Below are positions 12,686 to 26,665 of a DNA stretch of 64,000 nt, piece after piece. The notes under the pieces were generated by a model. The model ran no database searches. It saw only the letters and a program-made list of their open reading frames with translations, and had not been told where the DNA came from. The first letter of the stretch is position 1. Each line of letters begins with the position of its first letter. The translations under genes were made by a program, and so were the position numbers. The stretch is from Bilabrum cf. latius (taxonomy: Eukaryota), in NCBI GenBank assembly GCA_965178125.1, contig OZ237753.1, forward strand, positions 186,001-250,000, in the 5' to 3' direction.

Positions 12686-15600
12686 ATGGTGCACCCATTG
12701 GTGCATAGCTTCTTTCCTGGGTAGAATATTGTACATTCAACGTTTGCACGGCTGCACTCAGACGAATGGAGCCTGATAGTCGCGAGAGTCGGTGTCTTAG
12801 AGGTGTACGATCTAGTTCGTCACAACGTGAGCTACATCCTCAGCTGTGCACCGTATGCTCTTCATGAAATTATAAATTATGCATCTTTATTTGTCAACTT
12901 GTTCCTGTCCGCAGAAATTCGGGAAGGTGGCATCGCTACGACTCGTGTCCAGCCTACCAATCGTTGAGGCCCCTACGGATTTGCAACGATTACCAGTCCG
13001 AGGACGTCCAGCCCGGGCACTTACGCGCGCCCCAAAAGTGGACCTATTGCTTGTATCGTACAGAGATGCCCGGGTAGCCATCCTTGCCTTTGACCCGTTT
13101 TCGTGCCGGATTGTGACTGCAGCAACGCTTGGATTGATGGCCCTCGCAAAGTAGGCTTTGGCTGAGAAGGAAGCCGGCAGCGCAGCAGGTGGGCTATATG
13201 TTCCATCAAGACAGCTGGGCTACTCTGGCACGGGGCGCGTCTCGATGGACCCTCGCGGCAGGTGCATCGCGACCACGGTGGCGGACAACTGCCTAGTTCT
13301 CGTCCCGCTGCGCGGCGGCAGGGGCACTCTGTCCTCCATGCTGGACCTCGACGAGGATGGAACGGAGCTGACAGGGACGGCCACCGCCCCTGCCTCCTCC
13401 TCCTCTTCTTCTTCTTCCGCGTCTTCCTCGTCATCCACCTCCTCCTCCTCGTTGCAAGCGAGCGGTGCTGTGGGGCTGGGCAAGGGCACATGGCAAGGGT
13501 TTGAGGGGCCAGGGGCGGCAGACAGGTGCATCGGGACAGTTGGAGATGGGGATCGCAGCGAGTCGAATGGAACGCGCGGCAGAAAGAGGCGGAGGGCCGC
13601 GATGACCGGCGACAGCAACGGCGATGGCAGCGGCACCAGTGGCCCATTGCAAGCCCTGGCTGCCAACAGGCTAGGACTGGTCGTGAAGGAGCGAAGCAAA
13701 CGAGGGAATCTACCGCAGCATGTGCTCGCCCCACCGAGCGCGCTCAGTGATGACGTTATCGCAGCACTTGCTCGACCCCCGCTGGTCGCACGAATACCGA
13801 CGGTCTTGCGAGGTTGCACCGGTCCTGTGGTTGACATGTGCTTCTTGGCAGGATACGTGCACCCCACCGTGCTGGTGCTGCTTGACGGGCCGGTCGGGCC
13901 TCAGGGGCCGGCGAGGATCACTGCATACCGCGCTAATAGGCTAGTTGCAGCTCTGCAGCTCTCAGGGTATGGCCCTACCTAGGGGCTGTCGATGCTGTGG
14001 CAGGTTGATGGGCTGCCTCACGACGCAATGAGGGTGGCGGCTTGTCCCCAGGGTGGAGCCCTCGTGATTTCTTCCAGTTCCGTGGCGTTCGTCTCCGACT
14101 CTCGGAAGTGCGCCGCCGCGGTGAATGGCCACGGGCAGGCGTTGCTTGACGCGGGTCGCATACCGACGGACACGGCCTCTTCACGACTTGCCGTCGCGAT
14201 CGAAGCTCCTAGGTTCGAGTGGATTTCGCCGACACAGATGCTGTTAGGTACCCGTAGGGGCGACGGCCTCCTCGTGAGGCTAGACACGGACGGCCCCGCC
14301 CGCGTGAATGGCATCTCAATGCGCCGAGCGGGCATTATCGCCTCTGCGCCGTCGTGCCTCTGCTCCCTTTGGGACGAGGGCGTCGCGTTTTACGGCAGTG
14401 CGGTGGGGGACAGCTATCTGCTGCGGCTGGAAGGCAAGACAGAGGACGGGGGAGCGGACACTGGGGCTGAGGCGCCCGCGCAGGGTGCGGTTTTGCAAGA
14501 AGCCTCGAGTGGTGTGGGAGGCGTGCCTGGGCTGGGTGGACCAGCCAGTGGTGCCGGTGCCGGTGCCGGTGCAGAGGACGAGGACGAGGACGCATTCCTG
14601 TTTGCCAAATCCGGCAGTGCAGGTAGAGATGTGGGTACTTCGCAAAAGCAGGGTGCCGGAGGAGGCAGTGCCGCGACCGATGCCTTGTCTGTGTCTGTCC
14701 TGTCGACGCTGCCGGGGGTGGGACCCATCACGAGCGCTGGACTGTCGCTGGTGCAGCGCAATGCGAGCTCTGAAGACAGCCTGGCAAGGCAGCCCCGGTA
14801 GCGACAGATCGTGGCTAGTGCTGGGTACGGCAGGGGTGGCGCGCTCATCCAGGTGAGGCAAGGGCTGGACCTGAGGCATGAGGTAACGCTGGACATGGCG
14901 GGCGTGGCAGGGATGTGGACGGTGCAGGTAAGCAAGTCGTTTCGAAACCGGTCTAAAGATAGCACCAAAGGTGCAGCAGCCTCGAGCGGGGTGAGCACTG
15001 AAACAAGTGGCAGCGGGGGCGATGGAGATTCCAAGCAGCAGGCCAGCGGTGCCGGTCAGGCCGCGGATGAGGAAGGCAGCGACGGAGAGGACGAGGATGA
15101 AGATGAAGAAGATGATTTCATGCTCATGTCGATGCCACTACAGCACAAGACTCGCGTTCTCGATCTCAGCCAAGAGGAAGGCCTGTCCGAGGTGGGCCAG
15201 GAGCAGTCCCCCTTCGCACACGGCAGGCGCACTCTGGCGGCTGGCGTGCTAGCCGGGGGTGACGTTGCCGTGCAGGTGGTGCCCGATGGCCTAAGGGTCG
15301 CGTGGGGCATGGCGGCTAGCTGCAGAGCAAGCCTGCTGCCCGAAGCCGTGTCGGGTGCTGTGAAGAAAGCTGGGGCCTCGTCTACGGGTGCTAGTGGCAG
15401 CTCACCCGCGGGTTTCGTGAGAGCTGATGTCCAGGCTGACACGGCCACCCTTCTAGATAGCACTGGCTCTTGGCACGTTCTCCGATGTTTGTGTGCCGAA
15501 ACCGCCACGTCTATCGATGCCGGGACCCCGGAGTGGGAGTCCGTAAGCCTTGGCGATGTCCCTGCAGCCGTCCTAGGTGCGCTCTCGGCGTCTCCATGCT

Positions 15601-18600
15601 TCAAGGCAGGAGCTCGCACACTGGACGCACGTGGTGACTCTGATGACGAATCCGAGGATGATAGCATCTCGGCTTTGTCTCCGGATCGGGTTTTGCAGGT
15701 TAGGTCTGGCAACGTTGCAGTATTCCTTGGCGTTTGGTCCATCCGGAAGCACGCAGCATCGGTGGTCGCTAGCGGCTGCCTGTCTTTGCGAGCGTACGAC
15801 GATGAAAGTGGGGCCGTTGCGCGCGCCCTTACTCGGGACCCAGCTGAGGCAGCGCGTCGGCTGCACGCCAACCGCACTGCAGGTGCAGCCAGCCAGTCAA
15901 AGGCGGGGGGCACACAGCAGTTTGACGCAGATGCTAGCCTTGCAAAGCAGCTGGCAGGTGCGTCCGATCATGCAACTGGTTCCAATATTGCGTTACCGGG
16001 CCTGGATGCTGCGGACTCGTCGGCTGCTCCGGCATCGGCTCCATCTGTAGCCCCTGGACTGCCTGGCTTGGACGGTCCAACGGACGGCGAGAGAGGATCT
16101 ACGTCCACCGATGGGGTACTTCCAGGGCTGGATGCTGGTGGAGCCTTTGGGACCTCGAGCGCATCCCAGCCAGCTGTATCCAGCTAGGCTCCTCAGGCCG
16201 GCCGCAAGCGAGGCAGGGAAGAAATAGAGGGTCGTTCAGGCCCAAACGGTGGTGCCATGGGAGGTGATGCCGCCAGCAACGGCGACAGCTCAACACTTCG
16301 GTCGTACGGATTAGAGGGCGGGACGCTGCTCATGGCTGGATGCGCGGATGGTTCCTTGAGCATCTTGGATGCTCGCACGCTGGTTCTGCTGGGCCGATTC
16401 GATCAGGCCGCGGCACTGCCACACGTTCTAGCCACAAATACCGCATTCGATCCGGCGCTTGCAGCTCCCGGCCAGCATACCCCAGTAGCTGTTCCAACCC
16501 CGGTGCTTGACAGAGACGGAAACATCGACCGAGACCTCCTGCTGCCCCCGCTGGACGACGCGCTCCTGGTCGAAGTGCCCGACTCGATTGTCAGCGCGGA
16601 CGTTGGACGAGCCGGGGAGTTGGCAGAGGGTAGTTCAGACGACGGGGAGGAAGATGATGAAGACGACGAGGCTGGGGCCAAATCTGTGTTCCTGGTTCTA
16701 TTTAGTGGTGGATGCGATGTAGGTGCGTATCGGCTCTGCGGAGTGGCACCGTCAGCGGAAAGACTCGAAGCGCAGGCCAGTGGTGGACACTTCCCGGTCG
16801 TTGATCCGCATGTGACCAATGCCGTCCTGCAGCGAAGCAGAGCAGCCTGTACCGGAGAGTCGTTCCAGCCGTGGGTTGATCGCTCCACTGTATCTGCTGG
16901 GGTCGGTGGAGGGACGGCTGCCAGCCCAATCGTTCCAACGGGCCGTGAGATCACGTCATCATCTGGCCCTGGGACTGATATCGTTGCGCCTGACTGCGTG
17001 TGTGGTGCAGTGGCCAGGCACGACCTCGGCTCCGTACCGCGCTTTGTGCGAAGCACCGCGTGCTCCACTCGCCCTGTCTCAGACGAGTCCGCGCGTGCAC
17101 GGGCGAGGAATCGCGCTATGCAGATGGCCGAATACCTGTGCTCTCTTGCTGCATGCCAGCAATCGTCCAGCTCCATTCGTAGTGGTCGGCTGTCTCTGGC
17201 TCGAGGCACCGGCGACGAGGATGACGATGGCACAGCAGCGCTCGAGGGTGCCATGGGTGGAAGCACCGAAGCCGAAGCGAGAGGTTAGCAGCCAGATGGC
17301 CAGGCATCGATGGAAGAGCTTGAAGGACAGAGCAGGGCAGACGCTGTTGCAGGTGCACAAACTACCGCAGGCAAGCTTGAGCCTCCCTCTGTGCTCAGCC
17401 TCTTGGAGCCGGGGCCGTGGCCACGGATCCAGCCCATGCATGATGCAGGGGGCTGGAGCGGAGCGACTGTGCTAACAGCGAGGCCTGTGTCAGTGGTGAG
17501 CTCGAGAGGTGCGCCTGTCGTGACACCGCTGAGACCCCCTCCCTGCCTTCCAGAAACAATGCAGCCGGCCGCATTCGCCAAGGCAGCATCTGCGGCTGCT
17601 TCATCTGGCGGTAGTGTCAATTCGAGCAGCATGGTCGGATATGGCCACCGCCACGGCAGGCACGGACGCAAGAGAACCTCGCTCGTAGTAACAGACACAA
17701 ATGACGAAACGCAACCCAGTGGCAAGACTGCAAGCGCAGGCAGCGACTCCACAGACCGCCTGGCTGCGCCTTTGCCTGGGCTCCAGGCAAAGGCTTTGGA
17801 TTCCTTCGGCGCTGCAGACGGATTGTTGTTGTCAGGTTCGCTGCCCAACGTACCGATGGATCCGCGCGATGCCGCGAAGAAAGCGGTGGCGTCCTGGGGA
17901 CAGCTACCTGTGGACATGCTGCCAGACGCAGCAGTCACACGCACGCAGCCCTGGCCCATCCTGTGCATCACGCGCGTGTCTTCACCGCACTTGCCCGATG
18001 GCATCGCCGTTAGCTTTAACCACAGCCCCGTGGTTGCGCTCTCGACGCCCATTCAGCGGGATGACGTGCCCCCAGCGCAGGCGGATGATTCTGCCGGCGT
18101 GCTGGCGGACCGGCAGTCCCACGAGGACGGTGGTGGGTGGTTCGTCGCCTCTGGCAGCCCTTGCCTTTTGCGGCGGCGCCCGGCTAGGTGCACGGTTCGC
18201 TTCGTAGTCCCACTCAAGCGTTCGGAGCTTGTGGGTGACCCTGCCACGCAGCCGCCGTTGCCGCCGGGTATGCACCCTCAGTTGGCCATCGCCACGGCGC
18301 AGCGGTCCACTCGTCACCTTGTCCCAGTGCTTGTTGCCATACTTGAAGACGAGTCCCCAAGGGAATCTGGCCCTGCGGAGGAGGAGGAAGAGGAGCAGAG
18401 GATCGCATCTCTCGGTCCAGAGTACCGCCAACGCGATGAGGGGCCTCACAGGGAGGCTCTGCCTGTGCCTGAGGAGCAGCTGGCGCAGCCTGCGGTAGTG
18501 CAGCAGCGGATTGTCTTGCTCATGGGCAGCCGAATGGAAGAGGTGCAGGCGATTCCCCTCCGCAAGCACGAGCGCGTGCTTTGCTGCAAGGAGCTTGGGT

Positions 18601-19727
18601 TTCCCTTCGCTCCTGGCGGTCCGGAAGATTCTGTGCTCGGGGTGGGCACTGGAATGCTCACCCCGCGAGCTTCCGAGGAGACTCCAAGGGGCCGCCTGCT
18701 TCTCTTCAGGATCTCGTACCCGCCCGTGCCTGCCAAAGACGAAGCTGCGTAGGCTGCCAGCAGCAAGGGCGCCTTGCGTACTCCTTCACTGCAACTGGTC
18801 GCACAGCAAGAGGTGGGCGGCCACGTCACGGCCTTGTCCGACGTCATGAAGCAGCACCCGCCGAGCCCGCAGATGCCGCGGCCGCTCCCGCCCTCGTACT
18901 ACGTAGTGGCACACGCCGCAGCAGAGATCATCACGTTCTAGTGGCTGTTCGGAAAGGGCGTGAAGCAGATGGACCGGAGGGCCATGCGCTGGAAAGCCAG
19001 CGACATCGTCAACCTGAAGCCAAAGTCCTTTCTTCTGCTCGCCGACGGCAGGCAGTCCATTGCATTCGCAGACCTGCGAGCCTCAGTTGATCCTGCCACT
19101 GGGTCCGTGGCATCCGCGTACGTGCACATGGTCGCCTCCGACACGGAACAGGTGCAGTGCACTGCAGCGGGATACCTCGCCTTCGGCTCGGCTCTTCGGA
19201 TGGTGGCCTTCGACTGCGAGGGCAACGTGAGCGTGGCCAGGTACTCTCCTTCTTAGATGAAGACGGTCCTTTTCCGCGCTAAAGACGGCAGGCTGGCAGG
19301 GACGGTGCGCGGGGCGACTGCGATCGAGCCGCTCCCAGTGTACGGAGCACGGCTGCTGTCTCCGGCCGCTGCCATCCAGGGGAAGAAGCAGAGGATGGGC
19401 TTGCTTCTGCCCACATCTACCGGTGGATTGAGCGCCATGGTGGCAGTGGATCCGTCCGAGCAGTCGAGACTGCAGGTGCTGCAGGCCCTCCTGAGGCAGG
19501 CCTTGCCCGCTGCGGCGGGAGGCAACAAGGAGGCAGCCATGTAGGCGCGTGTGACGTACCGCCCCGGCATGCCCACCCACGGGGGCCTCCTGGATGGGCG
19601 CGAGCTCTGGAGGCTCGCTGGGCTGCCGGGCCCCACAAGGCAGGACATGTGCCTTGCGCTCGGCACGACGGAGCATCGCGTGCTGGGCAATTTGCAAGAC
19701 CTCGAGGCGGCGTTGGGATTGTTTTGA
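12686..19727 (+). CDS. CPSF1: Cleavage and polyadenylation specificity factor subunit 1 (CPSF160), ~2317 aa, intron 12827-12914
   Basis: Motifs LIVARVGVLEVY, DLLLVSYRDARVAIL, VSMDPRGRC, DMCFLAGYVHPTVLVL, GLPHDAMRV, FYGSAVGDSYLL, LGVGTG..EETPRGRLLLF, and C-terminal LLDGRELWRL...LGTTEHRVLGNL. One frame with 10 TAGs, ending TGA 19725-19727. Confidence 0.88.
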
Positions 19728-19929
19728 ATCGTTCTGGTGTGCACAGGCATATTTTGTTTGGGTTGACTGCAAACGTGGCACCGCGCCGAATTTGCTTGGG
19801 TCATGGGCCAATTGGGCCATGGTGATCCGATGGTGATCCTCAATTCGCACGTCTCTTTGCAAATTCAGACTGATGTGCCACAGCGTTTCGTCACCAGATT
19901 CTGGGGTAGCTCAGCCACAATCTACTTGC

Positions 19930-22900
19930 ATGGCGACGTCAATACGATATTCTGCCGCCATCTTAATCTTCGGTCTATGTCTGATCGATCACAGTTTTGC
20001 GAGCGCAGCTTAGACACAAGTTGAGGTCCTGAAGTAGGTCGATTGGCAAGCCAGCCGCACATCGCTTGCTTCTGGCACAGCTCTGGGCGGGATGGAAGAC
20101 CTCGACCAAAACGGGATTCCAGAAGTCGTATTTCAAGTGCACAGGGCGGCAACGAACGAAAGTCATATCGGTGTAGTCGCTCTGAGCAGCCGGTTCAATT
20201 TGCAACCTGCAGACGCGAGCGCTGGCGGTGCCCACGCAATCGCATCCCCTGGCGCGACTCTCCTCGACGAATATGCCAGTTCCGGCGATATTGATGGTGA
20301 CGATATTCCAGACCTGTTCGTGATGAGGGCAAACTCAAGCTCCCTCGCAGTTCTGCTGCTCTCGCGCTCCGGCCATGTGAAGGAGGAGTTCATTTACAAC
20401 TCTAGCGGGCTTGCTGGCTGCTACCTCCCGATAAATATCGGTGATCTTGATGGAAATGGCGTCAATGATGCAGTGATTGCGTGCAGGCAAAGCAAGGCGT
20501 TCTGGGTCCAGCTATTGAACGCGGATGGCAGCTCAGTGGGCCGCACCAACATCAACTCGACCGACCTCGGGCTAGAGTCCACGACAGCAAGTAGGTTTGG
20601 GGAGTATGGATTTGGCATGGGAGACTTAAACAAGGGCGGGAGATCATGGCTAGCGATGCCAGATTCTGTCCCCAAGAGTGATCAGCAGCACATCCATCTC
20701 GTGCAACTTGATGACTCGGGTGTCCCCGTACAGAGCACCCTCAGGACCATTGACAGACCGGAGACTTACACTGGTGAAATGTTCGGCTCAAACGCTCGAA
20801 ACGCCGGTGACCTGGATGGGGATGGCGTGAACGACATCTACGACGACGGCATGGTACTGCTGATGACAGCAAACGGCACAGTCAAGCAGACTGTGCAAAC
20901 TGGCGGGCGCGCGGCGCGTCCAGGACCTGTCCCTCCTCTTGACATGGATGGTAACGGCGTACCTGACCTCTTTACAGACACTGGCGTCCAGCTGATGGGT
21001 CACGGTGGAGCTGGTCCCCGCACGGTGCGAGGCATTGAGTACTCGAGCTCCGATCTAGCTGACGACGATTTCTCGTGGGTAGCAGAGTCGCAGGCCTACA
21101 CATCGAACGGGACCACGCACGACGTTGCCAGCGCATCTGTTGCCAGGTCCAACCGCACTATCGCCCTGGAGCAGACTGGGTGTGCAGAATCCAGAGCCTA
21201 CGCACCCCTGGGCGCGCTGCGAGGCAACGTCAGCTTCAGCTACGATTACACCCTGTCCAAGACGACGAACTCGTCCGGTGACGCCCGCATCTATCTGGCT
21301 GTTGGAGATAGCATCAATGGGACCGATCTCTTGGCAGAGCAGCGACTCGTCGATGCGGACCCCCCAGGCCAGCAACGGACGAGCACCCTGCGAGCTCAGG
21401 GCCTCAGCGGGCACGAGCAGGCTTGGCTGCTGATTCGATTGCGGGGTATTGATCCCGGGGCTCGCAACGGCAGTGCTGGTTGTTTCACTTCCCACCGTAT
21501 TTTCGATGCAACTGATGCTCCGGTCGACTGCAGCGGTGCCGTTGGCCTGCAGTGCGCATCCAACGAGGGCGCCGAGTCGGCGTCGCTGCAGCTTCAGTTC
21601 GCGCCGTGGAGTCTGCAGACCAGGTACGTGGCGCCCTCACCATCTCCGACTGCCTCGCCGACACCGACTCCAGTGAGAATATATGAACGACTCGTAATTA
21701 AAGGCGCTTCCTTGCTTGTCATGTGCCTAGCTTTCTACTTCTTGCCTCGATCCTTTGTCGCAGTCAGCTACCCCCACCGTGACTCCGAGCGCAAGTCCCT
21801 CCACCACCCCCCAAGCTGAACTTGTGCGGGATACCAATACGGTGGCCCATATTGGAGTCAACTATATCACCACGCACCACGATGCGACCTACTTCGGCTT
21901 CAACCAACAGCGCACTGCCGACCCTGTCCTGCGTCGCATCAAAGCTGAATCTGGCAAGATGGACCTCTTCGACAACTCCTTCATCCGGCTTGGCGAATCT
22001 TCAGAGCCGATCTTTCCCGGGGGACGGCCATACTACGACTATGGGCAGTTCGCAAGGTTGCCTCCTACTGTGACAGCATCGGGAAGGGAGATCACGCTGA
22101 TGGCCATCACGCAACCGGCAAACAACTATCATGTTGGAGCCCTCACCGTCAGTGCGGATAATTCTTCCGAATTTCGCTACAAGACAACCAGTGCAGGCCC
22201 CTCCACCTTTTTGAAGCTCAGTACTTTTATCGCACCTGCTAGGTCTATGGTCGCCTTTGAGGGCCACGACGGGTACGTTCGGGTCGCCGTTGTTGCCCTT
22301 GTCCGTACGGATTGGTACGGCCTTTCGATTGTGGCATTCGACAGTGCCGATGACACTCCCTACAAGGAGCAGATTGTGTTAGACGGGATTGCAAATGAGT
22401 TCAGCATGTTCGTAAGATCCATTGAGAAGAGCGAAGACGGCAAGGGCATCTATGCTGTGGCAGACCGTGACGACTCTAGAACGCTGCTTCGGATCGACTT
22501 CGGTCCTGATGGCACCACAAATATCACTAGTCTCGTCGATTCAAGCTCTTTTCACTACAGTGGACTCATGTGGTTCAGTGGCAAGCTGTACCTGACGCGA
22601 GGGTCCACTTCTTCAGGCTTATTGTACACGTTCGACCCGGACAGCGGGGAGCTTGAGCGCGTGGCTGGGGTGCGGTCGGATGCAGCACTTGCGAGGCCTG
22701 GTTCGATCTGCAACGGAACGCTGTACTACGTGGTGCGTTTTGGTAGTGGATTCGATACTGGTGTATCGATTGGGATGATCAGTTCGTCCCATGAACACTT
22801 GGGTGAGATAGAGATCGACAGCGACGCCAAGCTGGTGCGAGAGACCAACCATCCCATCAGTGCAGAGCAGAGATACTTCGACGCTACCACTGCAATAGGA

Positions 22901-25900
22901 TGCCTTGGTGATACTCTGCTGTTCGGCTACGACGCGGGACAGGGAGCAGGGTGGCAGCTGGCGCGGGCAAACCTGACCGAAACTGGTGGCGTGGCCGTGC
23001 CACTGTTTACGCTCGGTAGAGGCAAGACAGAACCGCAGCAGTTTCGATTCGAAGCAGCTGGTGATGGTTCAAACAAAGCCGAGAATGCGACAGATTCCCT
23101 GCTATTTGTGGCCGATTCCATGTTTGCCGAGGAAACGATATACCGAGTCAGCCTTGCCAAGGATAGCTCGCAGCGCGACACCTTCTCCCTGCAAGAGGTC
23201 GCCGTGGAAGACGCGCACAAGCTTAACACACAGGATTCGCAGCCGCGATTTCTGCAATCCGCATCTGACGGCAGCATGTTCGTTGCGTACCTCGATTCGA
23301 GCAGCTCGATGAGTCGCAGTGAGATTGGGCGGTTCAGACCAGACGGATCGTACGAGACGCTCGACCAGACGCCACAACTCGGCAGTATTGTTCCATCGAT
23401 GGGATACTGGATAGCTGTGAACAGCAGCACATCCATGGCTACAGGGGATGATTCCATCTACTTCTACACCGCCACCAAGCAGCTTGTTCAATTGCATGTC
23501 AACGGGACCACGGTGGACCTCTCCCCGGCTCTGGAGCGCAGCGGGTTTCAACCACAGACTGTGGTGAGCATTGCGATACAAGATGGTGTGCTACTGCTGA
23601 GTGCGGAACAAACGCAAGGTCGATATAGAGTTCCATTGCTCAGACTAGCTGATGGTACATTCATGGCGCTCTAGCAGGAGAAATCCTATGACGCTGACCT
23701 GGCTGGAGCTGTCCCGGCGGGGGACGGAACTGGCGACCTATTCGTGCAGGTCTACGCCGGGAGAGTCGCTTCCACGGAGCAGCATTCTCTCTTGCGCGTG
23801 AACGTTGTCACCGGTGACGCACACAGCGTGTACTCCGAAACGTACAGGATTCGCGTGGAAGACTACCGCAGGAACTATGCTCTTGCGCGTCACAACGGTC
23901 TAGTGGTGACGTGCTCCGGACAGGGTTCAGACGATCCACAATCGGCTGTCACTGGTTTAAGTACGCACGATCCGTACTCGGGCTCTTCCGGCTATGTGCC
24001 CTACCACAACATTGACAGAGACGGCCTGTACGTGCTTGACTCGCTCACTCCCACGGACTCGCACCTCTTTATGCTGGGAGTCGATCAAAGAGCCGGGGGT
24101 GATAAGCTCCTATTCTGGAACGTGACGGCCGGTGCGGTGCAGGAGTATTACTCGTTTCCCCCTCTCCAGGTAGTGCCGGGCGAGGCTGCAACAATGTCCG
24201 GCTTGTCCTACTCGAGCGTTTCGGGCTTGCTGTCGTTCTGCTACGACGCCTCACCTGAAGACAGCCCGGGGCCGTTGCTGCATTCCATCGACGTGCACAG
24301 CGGATCGCTTTTTGTTGCTCGCAACGTAGAATGCATGCACAGGGAGTCCTCTGGTGACTTTGAGATGACTGGCGCGACCCACAGGCTGTCTATTTCCAGC
24401 AACGCTGCCGGAGAGATTTTCTTCGCCGGTTAGACTGTAAAGACTGGGACTGAGATATTTTCCATTCCATGGGGCGCATCGTATCGCGCGATTCCAAGGA
24501 TGAGCAGCAGCCCTGCCCCTGCCGTTTCGCCCTCTGCTTCGACCTCGCCATCAGCAAGCGCTACGTCAAGCTCAAGCCCCAGTGCGAGCAGCTCTAGCAA
24601 TGGAGCTTTGCAGTCACCCTCTCCCAGTCCCACTGCATCTTCAACCATGCTTGCTAGCGAGTCTCCATTGCCGCCAGCGCGCAGCCCGGAGAGCAGCCCT
24701 TCGGCAGGACAGAGCCCAATGCCTTCGGGGCTGGCAGGGTGCGACCTGGATCCGTGCGGGGAGGGCCTGTGCATTGATCTTGAGGACGGCTCCGTGCCGT
24801 CGTACACGTGCCAGTGCAGCAGCGGGTGGCTCAAGGATAGCCAAGGTGCGTGCACTGTGCGGCAGCCGGAAAACCCGTGCGAGGAGGCGGAATGCGGCCG
24901 CGGCGAGTGCGTCGAGAACGATAGAGCGCCCAAGGGATTCTTCTGCGAGTGCGAGGACGGCTGGAGGTTGGACGAGCAGGGCAACTGCTTGGCACAGACT
25001 ACCTCGTGCGAGCCCAACCCGTGTCGCAACGATGGTCGGTGCATCGCGGGTGATGATGGTCCTGGCAGCTTCCAATGCGAGTGTCCCGATGGGTTCCTCG
25101 GGGATCGCTGCCAGCAGGTCGAGGTACGCGGCCCCTGCGCGCAGGAAGACCCGTGCGGCGATGGGGCATGCGTGGAGGATGCGGAATCGAGCAGCGGCTT
25201 CTCATGCAGCTGCTATCCGGGTTTCTCCCGCGATGCCAGCGGGGAGTGCCGCGTGCCTGTCAAGAACCAAGGCGAAGCGAGTTGCTTCGACGGAGAGTTG
25301 AACGGCCAAGAGACGGGAATCGACTGCGGTGCCGCGGTGCCGAGCGGCGATTTCGAGTGCCCGCTGTGCGGTGCAGGATTCGGATGCGAATCATCGGACA
25401 ACTGTGAGGAGGGGCTAGTATGCAGAAACCGCACACTGTCCTGCGGCCCCGCGACTCAACCCCCAGGCGTGTACCTGCAGCTGCAAGGCCTGGAGATTCG
25501 CGGGGTGTCCCCCGTGCAATTTCGTGAGGTACTGGAAGTTCCTTTCACAGCCAAGATGGCGGAGCGCACTGGCGCTGCGGATGTCACGATCGACCGCGTC
25601 GCCGCAGGTTCTTCTCCAGGCAGTGCTAGACGAGGGCTTGGTGGCTTCCAACAGCACGGTGCCGGTGCACGTTCCACGCAAGCCTCTACTGTGGCGGTGG
25701 AGATCGACTTCACACTGCAATTTGAACCGGCGGCTATCTCCTTCGAGGTTGAGAGAGCAACAAGGGCATACATCAGCAGCGACCCAAACAATGGAGGCAA
25801 CGGCCTTCTGGAAGATCTTCAGGCCGCAGTGCCGGCACTGGCGACCGAGCTGGAGCTCGCAGCTGGCGGCGTGCGGGTGCAATCGGAGGTGCTCGCAGAA

Positions 25901-26242
25901 GAACGAGTCGAAGGAGTTCAGGCGCCGGGTGGGCCGCAGGCTCCATCTGGACGAGGCAGTGACGGGGGAGACGGTGCAAGCACCGGTGTGATTGTCGGGG
26001 CAGCTGTTGGGGCCGTCATCATAGCCGTTGCTCTTGTGGTTGGAGGCCTGATGCTGTGGGGGCAACAAACGGGTAGTGGTCCGTTTGGGAGCATGGCCGC
26101 CAAGGCGAAGGGCTACCACAGCACTGATCCAAAATCGGCAGTGGCAACTAGCGGGCCAGGAGTGGCAGCAGGAGGGTTGCGCGCAGTCGACAATCCCATG
26201 CTTGGGTAGCACCCTGCTGGCTTCTCCACGCGCACGGTATGA
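19930..26242 (+). CDS. Type I membrane protein: signal peptide, FG-GAP repeats, Ser/Pro/Thr linkers, propeller-like region, EGF-like repeats, TM (~2073 aa, intron 21673-21763)
   Basis: ATG 19930 gives MATSIRYSAAILIFGLCLIDHSFA, reachable only through TAGs at 20011 and 20035. Several GDLDGDGxxD motifs and 4 EGF-like Cys repeats (24740-25260). CFDGELNGQETGIDCG motif. TM VIVGAAVGAVIIAVALVVGGLMLW. Further TAGs at 23672, 24431 and 26207. Stop TGA 26240-26242. Confidence 0.85.
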
Positions 26243-26665
26243 TCCTGAATTGTGCGTTTCCAAGCTTTTGGGACTGCGATTGGAAGCAGTCATGGTTATG
26301 AGTTTAGACCATGTACAACAGGCCTGGTGTGTAATGGGCCTAGTTACATCCCGGTGGCCTAGGCCTAAAGCCACGTTGGCATTTTGTCCTTGAGTGAAAC
26401 TACAGACCGTACACAGCACTGTCAGTGTCGCTATAGCCTGTGAGTATCGCAATCAAATACTTTGGACTCAGAGTGCGTCACCAAGCTCCCTTGTCGTACA
26501 CACATGCAGGTTCGCGTCCGACCTGGCTATGCCGGCCGATTCATGCAGTTTCCCCAGCCGAGGCTGAAGGGCTGCGATGCCCAAATCCGGCCTTCGCTAA
26601 AGGTAAGCACAACTACATCTAGTTCTTGAATTCAATGCTTGGGTTCTTTGCCAGCTAGCTTCACA

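Noticed and set aside
12686-19727. Interpreting the fragmented genes as pseudogenes or sequencing errors
   Set aside because: Every interruption is TAG, frames are preserved, and essential genes on both strands are affected with catalytic motifs intact.
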